64,000 nucleotides of DNA, from NCBI GenBank assembly GCA_029953675.1, contig JAMWBK010000010.1, positions 1,426,001-1,490,000 on the forward strand. The letters run 5' to 3'. Below the pieces are notes generated by a model. It worked only from the letters and a program-made list of their open reading frames with translations. It ran no database searches and was not told where the DNA came from. The position numbers were made by a program, and so were the translations under genes. Of the stretch, positions 62,715 to 64,000 are shown one piece after another. Position 1 is the stretch's first letter; every line of letters starts with the position of its first letter. This DNA is from Rhodosorus marinus CCMP1338. Its lineage: Eukaryota > Plantae > Rhodophyta.

Positions 62715-64000
62715 GTCGCATGTCACCAACCGAGAAACGAGTCTAACACTTAGTAGCTAAATTGACTCTCTCGCATCAGAAAATGATTCAATTCTGCCCT
62801 CTCACCCTCAACTCGCACTCGCAGCAGATCATCAAGCTACGCTTGAGCTTTAAATAGTCCTTTCACACCTTTTTCGCTGGCAGGCACATCCCAGGTGTAG
62901 TAGACACTGATAGTAGTCCACCCAACTCCTGAACGCCTACATGACGAACTACCCGCCGACCACAACATCAATAGTCGCCTATATATATTTTGTACAAAAC
63001 AACATTCTAACATCAGGCAGGCCATCCTAACCTTTCCACAAAACGAATTGCCCGACACCTTAGCCAGCAGCCAGCCAGAAGCCAGCCGGCCCGATTCCAA
63101 TCACATAACAAAACACAAAAAAAAGTCCCCGGGGTAGGAATTTCCAAATTACACTGTACATTATTCCTCATAAATAAAACTACCCCTCCAATACCAGCCA
63201 TAAAAAAACCTTAAACAAACATATTTATTAGTTTAAAATCTATCTACCTCTTTTACATTTTTTTTTGTTACCCCTGATCAATAATATATTTGAAACCCTG
63301 GATTCGGAATGATCATCCATCTCCTACCCCTAAAATCTATATCAAACTAATTTTCCCAGAGTTTGGGTATCCACCTGTAGAAGCCGAAGATACTCAGCTT
63401 CAATGGTCCGCGGTAAATTATTTTTTTTTAGAGCTGTATGGCTTCTGACTACGTTGCCTGATTAAAAAATACTGCACAATGACACAAGGGCTATCACAAA
63501 CCCCCTCTGCTCTCGTGGAGCTTTTTTTTACTAGGGTGGGTCTCTGGGGGGGGGGAGTCGGGGGAAAAAGCTTGCTGCTGCGCCTTTAGCCAGCATAGGA
63601 AAAATAAATGGGTCTTGCAGAAATTTTGATGCCGAGGAGGATAGTAGGGGTGGGAACGGTGAGCAAAGTTTTGTCAATAGTAAAAATCAATCTAACAATA
63701 TGGGTGTGAACTTGAAATAAATTTAAAAATACATGAAGTCAGTACAACGAGAATCAAATATGTTCTATGAAAAAAGGATAAGTTTGCGAGTTGGATTGAA
63801 ACTGGTGGCAGCGAGAAACAAAAACGGAAAGGGGGGGGGGGGGTGGGCAAACGCTCTGCATGAAGAACAAATTTTATTTTCTTTTTTTTCTGTGAGGAAC
63901 TGAGTTGTACGTTTACTGGTAGTCAAAGCTTGAGTCAGCCATATGATGAAATTGTGTTTTTGTTGAAGAGGGGGATATTTGTGTTAATGGGATGCTTCTA

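Noticed and set aside
63200-64000. Poly-G tracts and AT-rich sequence at the window end (similar tract near 2680)
   Set aside because: Similar purine and G skew occurs in other spacers here, and no defined element can be supported.

Overview
Gene-dense eukaryotic nuclear DNA with short (mostly about 60-210 nt) GT-AG introns and AT-rich spacers. Plastid-type N-termini (MAFV..., MACF...), a plastid-type LeuD and a cyanobacterial-type TPR gene point to a photosynthetic eukaryote, most likely a unicellular red alga; the taxon is an inference. About 20 protein-coding genes were assembled by hand across introns: histidine phosphatase, CCT5, a winged-helix/TPR protein, MCM5, a PPR protein, Rpp20/Pop7-like, IPK1, RFC4, LeuD, a DHHC acyltransferase, SEN1, a glyoxalase/VOC protein, a TPR protein, an EltD-like polyol dehydrogenase, an RBR E3 ligase, a divergent Sar1, DNAJC21, a lipase-fold protein, TSAUCER/TASH3 and a C2H2 zinc-finger protein. 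No rRNA, tRNA or CRISPR array was found. The highlights are: (1) a TSET/TPLATE-complex TSAUCER subunit with no visible SH3 domain and Pro-rich inserts; (2) intergenic spacers holding decayed, rearranged fragments of the neighbouring gene, clear for MCM5 and weaker for three other genes; (3) a monoacylglycerol-lipase homologue with Gly in place of the catalytic Ser; (4) an isolated 58-bp-stem hairpin; (5) a STAND-like WHD-TPR protein with no NTPase; (6) E2F, CCAAT and G-box clusters. Homology calls come from recalled family motifs, not database searches, and exon boundaries were placed by eye.
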